Part shown: one piece after another, positions 32,417 to 44,625 of the stretch
Position numbering within the stretch: the first letter of the stretch is position 1
How the letters are laid out: every line of letters starts with the position of its first letter
Source of the DNA: an uncultured Actinomycetes bacterium
GTDB lineage: Bacteria > Actinomycetota > Thermoleophilia > UBA2241
Assembly (NCBI GenBank): GCA_963764225.1
Contig: CAVXRL010000008.1
Location: 255,304-319,303, forward strand
DNA: 64,000 nt
Direction of reading: 5' to 3'
Program-made: the position numbers and the translations under genes
The notes under the pieces: generated by a model
Databases searched by the model: none
What the model saw: the letters and a program-made list of their open reading frames with translations, nothing else
Told to the model about the DNA's origin: nothing

Positions 32417-33424
32417 GCCGGCTCTCCCAGGTGCTCGTACAGCACGCCGGCGATCTCCGCGATGGCCGCGGACGCCTGCGCCTTGGCCTCGCAGCCCAGG
32501 CCTTTCAAGTAGACGACCATGACCATAGGTGCCCCCCCGGGAGTGTAGACGATCGCGGCGTCGTTGCTCGTGCCGCTCACGCCGCCGGTCTTGTTGGCCA
32601 CGAGGGTCCCGTCCGGCAACCCTGCGGGGATCTTCTCCCGCCACTCCTGGCGCGCCAGCACCTCCACCATCAGACGGCAGGAGGGCGCCGAGGCGCAGCG
32701 GTTCTGGGCGATCATCGCCAGCAGCTCGGCCATGTCGCGAGGGGACCCCCTGTTGTCGAGCGCCTGGTCCACGGCGAACGAGTCCTCGTACGTCGAGCGA
32801 CTCGTCGCGTCCCCAGCGGCGCTCGTACAGGTGCAGGAACTCCGCGCCGCTCAGCCGCGCGTTCTCCTCGAGCACGCGGCGGAACGCCTCCTCGCGCGCG
32901 CCGCGCTCCTCGAGCTCCCGCCAGCGGGCCACGGTCTGCGGCCCGCCCAGGCCGGCCCACTCCTCGCCGGCCCCGCACCCGATGAGGAAGTACTCGCGGT
33001 TGGGCATGGAGCAGTCGATCGTCTCGAGGCCGAGGCGGCGCATCGTCTCGTTGACGGAGGCGAGGCCCACCAGCCTCCAGAGCATGTCGGTGGCCGTGTT
33101 GTCGCTCAGCGTGATCATGAGGTAGAGCAGGTCACGCACGCTCGGCCGCAAGCCCTCGTGGCAGTGGATCAGCGTGCTGCCCGGGCTCTTGTCCCCCTCG
33201 GTGAGCGTGAGGCGGTCGTCGAGGCGCAACACGCCCGCGTCGACCTGGCGCAGCAGCTCGACCATCACCGGGATCTTGAAGCAGCTCGCCATGGGGAAGA
33301 GCTCGTCCGCGTTGACGTACACCTCGGCGCTGCTCGCCAGGTTGCGCGCGGCCACCCCCACGGCGCCTCCGAGCGGCGCGGCGATGGCCGCGACGTTCTC
33401 GTGGACGCCCCTCTCCGTCTGCAC
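32413..33424 (-). pseudogene. class A beta-lactamase-like serine hydrolase without signal peptide, with a -1 frameshift at ~32780-32795
   Basis: SCFK (SxxK), SDN and ANKTGG (KTG) motifs are split between the frame of ORF 31679..34786 (N-terminal part) and ORF 32413..32772 (C-terminal part). GTG start with a GGGAGGGAG RBS. Confidence 0.6.
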
Positions 33425-33572
33425 CTGCTCTCCCTCCCGCGACCTCGCCGCTACGATAGCCGAGAGCGGCTGGTATGGTCCAGAGCGCGGCTCCGGCGGT
33501 AGTTCAGAAGTGGGCGGTTCTTTTGCGTTTTGGGCTTTTATGCGCGCTCTGTTGTTGGTAGACTGCCGAACC

Positions 33573-33590
33573 GTGCACAGGAATGTGCAC
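33573..33590. promoter_or_regulatory. perfect palindrome GTGCACA-ggaa-TGTGCAC in the divergent bla-like/ald intergenic region
   Basis: 7-4-7 inverted repeat read directly from the sequence. Sits between TTGTTG...TAGACT and the ald start. Confidence 0.3.
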
Positions 33591-33637
33591 ATCCGAGCAT
33601 GCGGTCCACCAGGCAGATGAGGAAGCGAGGAGGAGTC

Positions 33638-34759
<1,122 letters not shown>

Positions 34760-34969
34760 GACTGCTTTGCGCTCCGCTGCGGCCACTGGCCGCTGAGAGC
34801 GGCAACTGATTGAATGGAGCCGCGCTCGGACACCGTCCGGGCGCGGCTCCTTCCGTTCGGGGCGCCTCTCCAGGCGCCTCGCCGCGAACGGGCTCCGCCG
34901 ACCAGGGGTGGCCGCGGGTGCAGCGGGAGGATGAGCCGGGGGATCTCACGGCACAGAAGGAGCGACTGA

Positions 34970-36715
34970 ATGGGCGACCTGCTACGCATCGACCTCACCA
35001 CGCGCACGACTTCAGAAGACACCGTGCCGCCCGAGCTCATCAAGGAGCTCATCGGCGGCAAGGGCATCGGCACGCACTATCTCATGCAGGAGGTGGGCCC
35101 TGAGGTAGAGCCGCTGAGCCCCGAGAACAAGCTGATCTTCGTGGTCGGGCCCATGGGCGGCACCACGATGCTCGGCAGCAACCGCTACGCCCTCTACTTC
35201 GCCTCGCCGCTCACCGGCGGCTACGGCGAGTGCTACTCGGGCGGCAACCTCACGCCCCAGTTCGCGAAGACCGGCTACAAGGTGGTCATCGTCGAGGGCA
35301 AGGCCGACGCGCCCGTCTACCTCGAGATCAGCGAGCAGGGCGCGCAGTTCCACGACGCCTCCGACCTGTGGGGCATGGACGCCTTCAAGGCCGAGGACGA
35401 GATCCTGGCGCGCACCGAGCACAACAAGGCCCAGGCCTGCGTCATCGGACCGGCGGGCGAGAAGCTGGTGCGCTTCGCCTGCGTCAACAACAACTACTGG
35501 CACCAGCTCGGCCGCGGCGGCCCGGGCGCGGTGTACGGCTCCAAGAACCTCAAGGGTCTCGTCTGGCACGGAGACAAGAAGGTCGAGGTCGCGCGGCCGG
35601 ACGACTTCAAGGCGGTCGTGCGCGACCTCATCGAACGCACCAAGGACGACGCGGGCGTCGCCGCCTACCAGCGCGGCGGCACGCTCAACATGGTGCGCAT
35701 CATGAACGGGGCCAACGCGTTCCCCACGCGCTACTGGCGCAAGGGCAGGATGGAGAACTTCGAGCGCATCACGGTCGAGACCATGCTCGCGGAGCACGGC
35801 ACCGTCAACCAGACCTGCCCGCCCTGCGTGTTCAAGTGCGTCAAGCGCAACACGGTGTTCGAGGGGCGCCACAAGGGCCTCGTGTGCGAGGGCCCCGAGT
35901 ACGAGACCGCCTACGTCTTCGGCGGCCTCTGCGAGATCGACGACTTCGCCGAGCTCATGTGGCTCAACGACATCTGCGACCGGCTGGGCGTCGACACCAT
36001 GGACGCCGGCAACCTCGCCGCCCTCGGCATCGAGTGCGCCGAGCGCGGGCTCATCGACGAGAAGCTCACGTGGAACGACCCGGTCGGCGTCGGCGCGTTC
36101 CTCGAGAAGATCTGCCTGCGCGAAGGCATCGGCGACCTGTTCGCCGAGGGCGTCGTGGCGGTCGCCGAAGAATACGGCCTCGAGGACGTCGCGGTGCACG
36201 CCAAAGGCATGGCGCCTCCCGGCTACGAGCCGCGCAAGATGAAGGGCATGGGCCTCGGCTTCGCGACCACCGCGCGCGGCGCCTGCCACCTGCGCGCCAC
36301 CATGTACAAGCCCGAGCTCATGGGCGTCACCACCTACGGCGAGGTCGCGGACAAGGCTCCCGTCTACGTGGACTGGGAGGACCGCCTCACCATCATGGAC
36401 ACGCTCGTCTACTGCCGCTTCTACCGCGACCTGGTGCAGTGGCCGTACATCACCGCCGTGGTCAACGCCGTCATCGGCACCGACTACACCGCGGACGACC
36501 TGCACCGCATCGCCAACCGCATCATCACGATGACGCACGAGTTCAACGCGGCGCGGGGCATCGGACGCGAGACCGAGAAGCTCCCGGACTGGGTCACCGA
36601 GAAGCCCATGGAGGACGAGGAGGCGCTCACGTTCCCGCAGGGCGAGATGACGTACATGCTCGGCGAGTATTACAAGCTGCGCGGCTGGGGCGAGCTGCCG
36701 CCGCTGGAGGCCTGA
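34970..36715 (+). CDS. aldehyde:ferredoxin oxidoreductase (tungsten/molybdopterin AOR family)
   Basis: 581 aa. N-terminal LRIDLTTRT...IGGKGIGTHYL and a Cys cluster (CPPCVFKC) for [4Fe-4S], collinear with the AOR family. GAAGGAG RBS. Confidence 0.85.
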   Translation: MGDLLRIDLTTRTTSEDTVPPELIKELIGGKGIGTHYLMQEVGPEVEPLSPENKLIFVVGPMGGTTMLGSNRYALYFASPLTGGYGECYSGGNLTPQFAKTGYKVVIVEGKADAPVYLEISEQGAQFHDASDLWGMDAFKAEDEILARTEHNKAQACVIGPAGEKLVRFACVNNNYWHQLGRGGPGAVYGSKNLKGLVWHGDKKVEVARPDDFKAVVRDLIERTKDDAGVAAYQRGGTLNMVRIMNGANAFPTRYWRKGRMENFERITVETMLAEHGTVNQTCPPCVFKCVKRNTVFEGRHKGLVCEGPEYETAYVFGGLCEIDDFAELMWLNDICDRLGVDTMDAGNLAALGIECAERGLIDEKLTWNDPVGVGAFLEKICLREGIGDLFAEGVVAVAEEYGLEDVAVHAKGMAPPGYEPRKMKGMGLGFATTARGACHLRATMYKPELMGVTTYGEVADKAPVYVDWEDRLTIMDTLVYCRFYRDLVQWPYITAVVNAVIGTDYTADDLHRIANRIITMTHEFNAARGIGRETEKLPDWVTEKPMEDEEALTFPQGEMTYMLGEYYKLRGWGELPPLEA

Positions 36716-36850
36716 GCAGACCCGCCGCCCCTCGGCGATCGCCGAGGGGGACGGCGGACGCGGATGGGCCCGGGACGCTCGCGAGAGAGTCCCGGGCCCA
36801 TCCGCGTCCGGGCGGGAGCGGCAGCGCCGTCCGCCTCGAGTGTCGGCTGC

Positions 36851-37201
36851 TCAGATGCCCAGGCCGCGCCACTCGCGCTCGCCCGAGAGCCACCCCGAGA
36901 TGAGGTAGTACGGGCGCAGCGCCTCGTTGAACGTCGTGGCGATGACCTGCAGCCGGGCCAGCGAGCGCTGCAGGCGCTGCAGGCTGGCGTTGAGCTGCTC
37001 GCCGTCCTCCGTGAGCCGGTCCACCGCCGCGGTGATCTCGTCGCCGCGGCGGGTGAGGCCGTCGACCAGCGGCGTGAGCCGCCCCTCGACGGCGGCCGCG
37101 TGCTTGAAGAGGCGCCAGGCTTTGAGGCCGACCTGGACCAGCACGGCGAGCACGAAGGCGATGCTCGCGAGGGCGATGATGAGGACCACGTACCAAGGCA
37201 T
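36851..37201 (-). CDS. DUF948-family membrane-anchored protein
   Basis: N-terminal TM helix (MPWYVVLIIALASIAFVLAVLV) followed by a coiled-coil-like tail. Convergent with the AOR gene. Confidence 0.55.
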   Translation of the reverse strand: MPWYVVLIIALASIAFVLAVLVQVGLKAWRLFKHAAAVEGRLTPLVDGLTRRGDEITAAVDRLTEDGEQLNASLQRLQRSLARLQVIATTFNEALRPYYLISGWLSGEREWRGLGI

Positions 37202-37275
37202 GCCCGGAGTGTACCCCGTCGCGCCGCCCGGCGACCAGTCCACCGGCCGCGCCGGCCGCGCCGGCCGGGCGCGGG

Positions 37276-38352
37276 TCAGGGCAGCCGCACCGGGTACCGA
37301 CAGATGAGCGAGCAGCCGCGGCCGGCCAGCCGGCTGACCTTGACCACGTCGCCGGTGTGCGGCGCCTCGATGAACAGCCCGTTGCCGATGTAGATGCCGA
37401 CGTGGTGGTAGAAGGCCGGGTACCCGAAGAACACCAGGTCGGCGGGCTGGGCCTGCGAGAGCGGCACCTGATGACCCATGTGCGCCTGCATGGTGGCGCC
37501 GTGGGGGAACTGGATGCCGAACTTGGCGTACACGTAGAGGACGAGGCCGGAGCAGTCGAACCCTCCCCCCGGGGTGGCGCCGGCCCACACGTAGGGGATG
37601 CCGAGGTACTTCATCGTCTCCTTGACCACGGCGACCTGGGCCGGCGTGCCGTGGATGGTGCCAGTCTCCACGCCGGCAGCCCTGGCGAGGCGCGCGGCCG
37701 CCTTCTCTTCGAGGACGGCCTGCCGCGCCAGCATCTTCTTGACCCGGGCATCCAGATCGGTGAGCAACTGCTCGCGGGCGGCGAGCTCGTCCTCGATCGC
37801 CGCCTGCTGGTCGCGCAGCTCCATCTCCCGCTGCAGCGCGTCGGCGCGGTCGCGGTCCATCTGCCGGGTGAGCCGCTGGACCTGCTTCTCCATGGCGGCG
37901 ACCCTGCTCACCGTCGCCTGGTCGGCCTCGTCGATGGAGCGGAAGTAGCCCAGCTGGGTGTCGGCCTCTCCGAGGTCCTGGAGGGTGAAGAGCACATCGA
38001 GCACGCCGTAGCCCCCGCTCTTGTACATCGCGGAGAGCCGCTCGCTGCGCTGGGCCTGGGCGACGTCCAGTTCGGTCTGCACGCGCTCCAGGTCGCGGCG
38101 CGCCTCCTGCAGGCGCACGTTGACGGCGTCCAGGGCGCTGCGGGCCGTGTCGTACTTCTCGGTGAGCACCCCGGCGCGGTGGTCGAGGCGCGCGACCTCG
38201 CGGCGCACGTCGCGCGCCCGCGCCTGCAGGTCGTCGAGGGAGGGGGAGGCCGGCGCGCCGGCGGGCGCGAGGGCCGCGCCCAGCAGCACGACGGCGAGTA
38301 CGGCCGCGGCGAGGCCCGCGGCGAGCGCCGCGTGCCGCGTCGAGTGTCCCAT
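37276..38352 (-). CDS. NlpC/P60-family peptidoglycan endopeptidase with N-terminal coiled-coil (RipA-like)
   Basis: Signal peptide, a long coiled-coil, and a C-terminal YVWAGATPGGGFDCSGLVLYVY...H motif (Cys-His catalytic pair). Confidence 0.75.
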   Translation of the reverse strand: MGHSTRHAALAAGLAAAVLAVVLLGAALAPAGAPASPSLDDLQARARDVRREVARLDHRAGVLTEKYDTARSALDAVNVRLQEARRDLERVQTELDVAQAQRSERLSAMYKSGGYGVLDVLFTLQDLGEADTQLGYFRSIDEADQATVSRVAAMEKQVQRLTRQMDRDRADALQREMELRDQQAAIEDELAAREQLLTDLDARVKKMLARQAVLEEKAAARLARAAGVETGTIHGTPAQVAVVKETMKYLGIPYVWAGATPGGGFDCSGLVLYVYAKFGIQFPHGATMQAHMGHQVPLSQAQPADLVFFGYPAFYHHVGIYIGNGLFIEAPHTGDVVKVSRLAGRGCSLICRYPVRLP

Positions 38353-38491
38353 GCCTGTTTCCCTGAGCCCGGCCATCATCAAAGAAGTGTATCGGAACAT
38401 CCCGCCTGCCCTTTACGCCGCGCCTGAGGCGGGTCCCTGCCGCGTACTTTACAATCCGGCGATCTTTCGTATACAATCCCTAGTCCAACGT

Positions 38492-38568
<77 letters not shown>

Positions 38569-38578
38569 TCACCTTCCT

Positions 38579-38603
38579 GGGCGCCCGTTCGGGCGCCTTT
38601 TTT
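38579..38603 (+). terminator. rho-independent terminator after the tRNA
   Basis: GGGCGCCC-gttc-GGGCGCC followed by TTTTTTG. Confidence 0.6.
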
Positions 38604-38729
38604 GTTGCCCGGACCCCTGTCGCGTGGATGCCGCCGTCTCATCTCGCGAGCCGTGCGTTGTGAATCGCGTCCGGAGGGGTACCACACCGTTTTGATAGTA
38701 GGCAACGTCAAGAAGTGGTGGGAGGGCAA

Positions 38730-39482
38730 ATGAACACAGGCAAAGCCGCGGTCGCCGAATTCTTCGGCACCTTCTGGCTCGTCTTCGGGGGTACCGGCGC
38801 CGCGGTGCTTGCCGCCTCAGTGGGCAACAGCGGTATCGGCTGGCTCGGCGTCGCGCTCGCGTTCGGGCTCACGGTGGTCACCATGGCTTACGCCGTCGGC
38901 CACATCTCCGGGGCGCACTTCAATCCGGCGATCACCATCGGTCTCTGGGCGGGTGGCCGGTTCCCGGGTGGCAAGGTCGCGATCTACCTGGTCGCCCAGG
39001 TGATCGGCGCCATCTGCGCGAGCGCCGTGCTGTACGTGATCGCGAGCGGCAAGGCAGGCTTCAGCCTGTCCGACGGATTCGCCGCCAACGGCTACGGCGC
39101 CCACTCGCCGGCCGGCTACAGCCTGACGGCCGCGATCGTCATCGAGATCCTGCTCACGCTCATGTTCGTGCTCGTCATCCACGGAGTCACAGACCGGCGC
39201 GCGCCCGTGGGGCTCGCGCCGCTGGCCATCGGACTCACGCTGACGCTCATCCACCTGATCGCCATCCCGGTGGACAACACCTCGGTGAACCCGGCTCGCT
39301 CGCTCGCCCCGGCACTGTTCGTCGGCGGCTGGGCGCTCAGCCAGCTCTGGGTGTTCATCGTGTTCCCGATCATCGGCGGGATCGCCGGAGGACTGCTGTA
39401 CCGCTACCTGCTCGAGATCAGGGCGGACCAGCGCGACAAGGTGGAGGGCCCCGGCGAGTCGACGGAGGACGCCCCGGCCTGA
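38730..39482 (+). CDS. aqpZ: aquaporin Z / MIP-family channel
   Basis: Two NPA motifs ([17 protein letters not shown]) and six TM helices. GGGAGGG RBS. Confidence 0.85.
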   Translation: MNTGKAAVAEFFGTFWLVFGGTGAAVLAASVGNSGIGWLGVALAFGLTVVTMAYAVGHISGAHFNPAITIGLWAGGRFPGGKVAIYLVAQVIGAICASAVLYVIASGKAGFSLSDGFAANGYGAHSPAGYSLTAAIVIEILLTLMFVLVIHGVTDRRAPVGLAPLAIGLTLTLIHLIAIPVDNTSVNPARSLAPALFVGGWALSQLWVFIVFPIIGGIAGGLLYRYLLEIRADQRDKVEGPGESTEDAPA

Positions 39483-39501
39483 CCGCCGCGCTCTTCCCGG
39501 G

Positions 39502-39546
39502 CCGGGGCGCCGGCGAGCCGCCTGTGGCGGCCGGCCGGCGCCCCGG
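39502..39546 (+). terminator. GC-rich hairpin after aqpZ
   Basis: CCGGGGCGCCGGC...GCCGGCGCCCCGG inverted repeat. Confidence 0.45.
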
Positions 39547-39718
39547 CCTCTGTTATGCTCGCAGCGCGCCCGGCGCACACCGCCGGGCCCGCCGCAAGGA
39601 GGTCGCATGTCCCTGCTGCTCGTCGCCACCACGCCGCCCGGCGGGAGCGAAGCTCCCTGCCGCGCGTCGCGTCATGCCGGGGCACTCACGCACCGCACCT
39701 TCTCCGCCTGAGCGTCCC

Positions 39719-41163
39719 ATGACGCGTCTCCCCGCCGCCTGCCTCCGCCTTGAACGCCGCGTGAGCGACACGCTCGCGCGCACCGAGGCGGTGCGCGCCG
39801 GCGAGCGGGCGCTGCTGCTGCTCTCGGGAGGGGCCGACTCCATGGCCCTGCTCTCCCTGCTGCAGCGCCGCCGACCGCCGGCTCGGGCTCGGTCTGCAGC
39901 TGGCCGCGCTGCACGTGGACTACGGGCTGCGCGGCGCGGACTCGGACCGCGACCGGCGCATCGTGGAGCGTGCCTGCGCCGGCGCGGGCGTGCCGCTGCA
40001 CGTGGAGCTGCTGCGCGGCGCCCTCTCCGGCCCTGACTTCCAGGCGCGCGCCCGCGACGTCCGCTACGGGCGTGCGCGGCAGCTGGCGGCCGAGCACCGC
40101 TACGACGTGGTGGTCACCGCGCACAACCGCGACGACCAGGCGGAGACGGTGCTGTACCGCCTGGTCAAGTACGCCTCACCGCGCGGCCTCGTGGGCATGC
40201 GGGTACGGGACGGCGACCTCGCCCGGCCGCTGCTCTGCGCCGGCGCGACGGAGATCCGGGAGTACTGCCGGCTCGCCGGCGTGGAGTACGGAGAGGACGT
40301 CACCAACGCGGCCCCGCTGTACGCTCGCAACCTGCTGCGTCTCGAGGTCCTGCCCCTGCTCGAAACGCTCAACCCGCGCGTGGCCGAGACGCTGGCGGCC
40401 ACGGCCGAGCAGGCCGCCGCGCGAGGCGGAGGTGCTCGCGACGGTGACGGTCGCGGCGCGGGCGCGCGTGAGCCTGCCGCCCGCCCCGGGCGAACTCGCG
40501 CGCGTCAGCCTCGCCGCGCTCGCCGCCGAGACGCCGGCCGTGCGCGCCCTCGTGCTGCACGACCTGCTGCGCGACGCGCTGGGCGGGTCGGCGCTGGTCG
40601 GGCGCAGTCTCGTGGAGGCGCTTTCGCTGCTGGCGACGCGGCGGGACGACGCCGGCCGCGTCGACCTCGGGCGCGGCCTCGAGGCGGTCCGCGGCGGCGG
40701 CGAACTGCGCCTGCGCGCCGCCTCCTCGCCGCACGACTGCGAGCAGGCCGGAGTGTCCGGCGAGGAGCTCGAGGAGGCCGGGGACGCCGGCCTCCCGCTC
40801 GCCTTCTGCGGTAGGCGCTGGCGGCTCCGGCTGCGGCCCGGCGAGGTCTTCGACCGCGAGGCCGCCCTCGCCGGCGAGGCGTTCGTCGGCCTGCCGTCCG
40901 CGCCGCGGCGTGTGGTCTTGCGGCACCCGCGCCGCGCCGAGCGCTTCGCCCCGTCCGGACTCGGCGGCGAGACCACGGTCGCCCGCTACCTCGCCGCGGC
41001 CCGCGTGCCCGCCGGTCTGCGCGCGCACGCCGTCGTGCTCGACGTGGACGGCGCGGCGGCCTGGGTCGGCGGGCTCGCGGCCTCCCCGGGCAGGGTTGCG
41101 CACGGCTACCGGGTGGCCCACAGTAGAGTCTTCACACTGCACGTCATCCAGGAGGGAACGTGA
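39719..41163 (+). pseudogene. tilS: tRNA(Ile)-lysidine synthetase, interrupted by two single-base frameshifts (~39872-39880 and ~40425-40435)
   Basis: The SGGADSMALLSLL PP-loop, the ...LAALHVDYGLRGADSD part and the C-terminal part lie in three different frames (ORFs 39524, 39915 and 39970). The gene is essential, so the breaks are almost certainly assembly errors. Confidence 0.75.
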
Positions 41164-41726
41164 ACGTGCCGATCGCCGAAGTGCTGGTCGACCGTGAGAC
41201 GCTCGCGCGCCGCATCGACGAGCTCGCCACCGACATCACCCGCGACTACGAGGGCAGAGAGCTCCTCATGGTCGGCGTGCTCAAAGGCGCCGTGTTCTTC
41301 ATGGCCGACCTGGCCCGCCGCGTCGACCTTCCGGTGGCGCTCGACTTCATGGCCGTCTCGAGCTACGGCTCGTCCACCGATTCCTCGGGCGTGGTGCGTA
41401 TCCTCAAGGACCTCGACCTCGAGATCGCCGGGCGGGACGTCCTCATCGTGGAGGACATCATCGACTCGGGTCTCACCCTGAGCTACCTGCTCAAGAACCT
41501 GCGCAGCCGCAAGCCGGCCTCGCTGGAGGTCTGCGCCCTGCTCACCAAGCCCTCGCGGCGGCGCACCGAGATCCCGTGCAGGTACGTCGGCTTCGAGATT
41601 CCCGACAAGTTCGTCGTCGGGTACGGCCTGGACCTCGCCGACCACTTCCGGACGCTCGACTACATCGGCGTCCTCACCCCGGAAGCGGCGGACGAGATCC
41701 TCGACGAGGCGGGTTCTTTGCTGTAA
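41160..41726 (+). CDS. hpt: hypoxanthine phosphoribosyltransferase
   Basis: VGVLKGAVFFMADL and LIVEDIIDSGLTL (PRPP-binding) motifs. GTGA overlap with tilS. Confidence 0.85.
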   Translation: MNVPIAEVLVDRETLARRIDELATDITRDYEGRELLMVGVLKGAVFFMADLARRVDLPVALDFMAVSSYGSSTDSSGVVRILKDLDLEIAGRDVLIVEDIIDSGLTLSYLLKNLRSRKPASLEVCALLTKPSRRRTEIPCRYVGFEIPDKFVVGYGLDLADHFRTLDYIGVLTPEAADEILDEAGSLL

Positions 41727-41818
41727 TCAGCGGGGTATGGTACGTTCACCGGACGTCTGTTTTGCAGGCATAACAGCCATGCAGGCTCCGGCGTCAGTCC
41801 CCATCAAGAAGGGTCACC

Positions 41819-44014
41819 GTGAGCAGATTCATCCGTAGCGCCCTGTTCCCCATCCTCATCGTCATCATCGTGGCGATGTTCATCGAGTGGGTCATCTCGG
41901 GCAACAGGGCCAACACCACGCCGAAGGCCATCTACGCCGCGCCGTTCGTCACCACGCAGACCGTCCTCCAGAGCGACCTGCAGAACGCCGTGGTCAAGTC
42001 GATCATCTTCGACTCCGGTGACTCCTCTGTGGCCAAGGTGACCGAGGTCGGGGGGCTGCAGTACTACGTGACCGGCATCACCGACCAGGCTCTGCAGCCG
42101 CAGGAGATCAAGACGAGCGCTCCCAATGTGGTGGTCTCCGAAGGCACCGTCACGCCACCCAAGCCGGCCGACGTCCAGCCGTCCTTCACCCAGGACGTCG
42201 TCAACGGCAACGTCGCGTCCGTGGTCATGAACGTCAAGGACCAGACCATGGACGTGACGCTCAAGCCGGTCGACGGCAAGCAGGAGCAGTACACCGTCGC
42301 CTACGCCGATCCGGTCGCCACCACCGAGTTCCTGCAGCAGTACAACGTGCCGTTCGACACCACCAGCCCGAAGAGCCCGTGGTGGACGAGTGCGCTGTTC
42401 ACCATCCTGCCGATCCTGCTCATCATCGGCTTCTGGTTCTTCATCATGAACCAGATGCAGGGCGGCGGCTCCAAGGTCATGAGCTTCGGCAAGAGCCGCG
42501 CCAAGCGCGTCAGCGTCGACTCGCCCAAGGTGACGTTCAAGGACGTCGCCGGGGCCGACGAGGCGGTCGAGGAGCTCCACGAGATCAAGGAGTTCCTCGA
42601 GAACCCCAAGAAGTTCCAGCAGCTCGGCGCGCGCATCCCCAAGGGCGTCCTGCTGTACGGCCCGCCCGGCACCGGCAAGACGCTGCTCGCGCGCGCCGTG
42701 GCCGGCGAGGCGGGCGTCCCGTTCTTCAGCATCAGCGGCTCGGACTTCGTCGAGATGTTCGTCGGCGTGGGCGCGTCGCGCGTGCGTGACCTGTTCGACC
42801 AGGCCAAGCAGAACGCGCCCTGCATCATCTTCGTCGACGAGATCGACGCCGTCGGCCGCCACCGCGGCGCCGGCATGGGCGGCGGCCACGACGAGCGCGA
42901 GCAGACGCTCAACCAGCTGCTCGTCGAGATGGACGGCTTCGAGATGAAGGACAACATCATCCTCATCGCCGCCACCAACCGCCCCGACATCCTCGACCCG
43001 GCGCTGCTGCGCCCGGGCCGCTTCGACCGCCAGATCGTCGTCGACCGTCCGGACCGCCCGGGCCGCAAGATGATCCTCGAGGTCCACACGCGGGGCAAGC
43101 CGATCGACAAGGACATCGACCTCGACGCGCTCGCCGCCCAGACGCCGGGCTTCACCGGGGCCGATCTCGCCAACCTGGTGAACGAGGCGGCCCTGCTCGC
43201 GGCTCGGCACGGCAACAAGCTCATCACGACGACCGAGCTCGAAGAGGGCATCATGCGCGTGCTCGCCGGCCCCGAGAAGAAGACGCGCATCATCAGCGAG
43301 AAAGAGAAGGCGATCACCGCCTACCACGAGATGGGCCACGCTCTGGTCGGGCACTTCCTCGAGTACACGGATCCGGTGCACAAGATCTCCGTCGTCAGCC
43401 GCGGCCAGGCGCTGGGCTACACCATCTCGCTGCCGACCGAGGACAAGTTCCTGACCACCAAGCAGGAGCTCATGGACACGCTCTCCATGACGCTCGGCGG
43501 GCGCGCCGCGGAAGAAGTCGTCTTCGGCGAGATCACCACCGGCGCCGCCAACGACCTCGAGAAGGCGACGGCGACCGCCAAGCAGATGATCATGCGCTAC
43601 GGCATGAGCGAAGAGCTCGGCCCGCGGACGCTGGGGCACGACCAGTCCATGCCGTTCCTGGGACGCGAGTTCCAGCAGCAGGCCGACTACTCGGAGGAGA
43701 TCGCCCGTCAGATCGACGACGAGATCCGCCGCATCATCGAGGAGGCGCACCAGCGCGCCAAGGACCTCCTCAGCGAAAAGCGTCACCTGCTCGACGGGAT
43801 CAGCAAGATCCTCATCGTCCGGGAGACCATCGAGGCGCATGAGTTCCAGGCACTGGTCGACGGATTGCCTGAGGACGAGGTCTTCCGCGAGCGCGACGAG
43901 AAGGAGCGCCGGCGCCGGTCCGGCCCGCCGGAGCCCGAGAAGCGCCAGCGCGTCAAGCAGCCGCCGGTGCCCAAGCCCGCCCACGTGAACCCCGTCAACC
44001 CGGAGGCGACGTGA
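41819..44014 (+). CDS. ftsH: ATP-dependent zinc metalloprotease FtsH (with enlarged ~155-aa periplasmic domain and basic C-terminal tail)
   Basis: [16 protein letters not shown]+ motif, SRF second region of homology, and HEMGHA zinc motif. Confidence 0.95.
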   Translation: MSRFIRSALFPILIVIIVAMFIEWVISGNRANTTPKAIYAAPFVTTQTVLQSDLQNAVVKSIIFDSGDSSVAKVTEVGGLQYYVTGITDQALQPQEIKTSAPNVVVSEGTVTPPKPADVQPSFTQDVVNGNVASVVMNVKDQTMDVTLKPVDGKQEQYTVAYADPVATTEFLQQYNVPFDTTSPKSPWWTSALFTILPILLIIGFWFFIMNQMQGGGSKVMSFGKSRAKRVSVDSPKVTFKDVAGADEAVEELHEIKEFLENPKKFQQLGARIPKGVLLYGPPGTGKTLLARAVAGEAGVPFFSISGSDFVEMFVGVGASRVRDLFDQAKQNAPCIIFVDEIDAVGRHRGAGMGGGHDEREQTLNQLLVEMDGFEMKDNIILIAATNRPDILDPALLRPGRFDRQIVVDRPDRPGRKMILEVHTRGKPIDKDIDLDALAAQTPGFTGADLANLVNEAALLAARHGNKLITTTELEEGIMRVLAGPEKKTRIISEKEKAITAYHEMGHALVGHFLEYTDPVHKISVVSRGQALGYTISLPTEDKFLTTKQELMDTLSMTLGGRAAEEVVFGEITTGAANDLEKATATAKQMIMRYGMSEELGPRTLGHDQSMPFLGREFQQQADYSEEIARQIDDEIRRIIEEAHQRAKDLLSEKRHLLDGISKILIVRETIEAHEFQALVDGLPEDEVFRERDEKERRRRSGPPEPEKRQRVKQPPVPKPAHVNPVNPEAT

Positions 44015-44044
44015 TCGCTCTCCCCGGCGCCTGCTGACGCCCAC

Positions 44045-44614
44045 GTGGACCACGACAAGATCAAGACCGGGGTACGCCTCATCCTCGAGGGTATCGGCGA
44101 AGACCCGGAGCGCCCGGGGCTGCAGAAGACGCCGCAGCGCGTGGCCGACATGTACGACGACATCTTCGCGGGTATCGGCGCGCCCGACCCGGCGGAGTTG
44201 CTCACGGCCATCCCGGGCGACCACCATCGAGAGATGGTGCTCATCCGGGACATCGACTTCTACTCGATCTGCGAGCATCACCTGCTGCCGTTCCACGGCG
44301 TTGCGCACGTGGCGTACATCCCCAGCGACCACGGGCACATCGCCGGGCTGAGCAAGCTCGCCCGTGTGGTGCGCCAGGTGGCGGCCCGCCCGCAGCTCCA
44401 GGAGCGCATCACGAGTGAGGTCGCCGACGCCATCGAGACCGCGCTCCTGCCCACCGGCGCGGCCGTGCTCATCGAGGCCGAGCACCTGTGCATGAGCATG
44501 CGCGGCGTGCGCACGCCGGGCGCCAAGACGGTCACCAGCGCCGTGCGCGGCCTCATCCAGAGTAACGAGGCTACCAGGGCCGAGGTGTTCGCCCTCATCA
44601 ACGCACCGCGCTGA
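44045..44614 (+). CDS. folE: GTP cyclohydrolase I
   Basis: CEHHLLPFHG motif. Confidence 0.9.
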   Translation: MDHDKIKTGVRLILEGIGEDPERPGLQKTPQRVADMYDDIFAGIGAPDPAELLTAIPGDHHREMVLIRDIDFYSICEHHLLPFHGVAHVAYIPSDHGHIAGLSKLARVVRQVAARPQLQERITSEVADAIETALLPTGAAVLIEAEHLCMSMRGVRTPGAKTVTSAVRGLIQSNEATRAEVFALINAPR

Positions 44615-44625
44615 CGGCGCGCGCC

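Noticed and set aside
41804-44485. 893-aa ORF antisense to ftsH, plus other long antisense ORFs (11762-13057 vs groEL; 59568-61922 vs clpC; 57442-59760 vs MMPL; 2933-4312; 6993-8714; 25822-27123; 28053-30122)
   Set aside because: They are mirror-frame ORFs of bona fide genes with low-complexity Arg/Gly/Asp-rich translations and no domain signatures.
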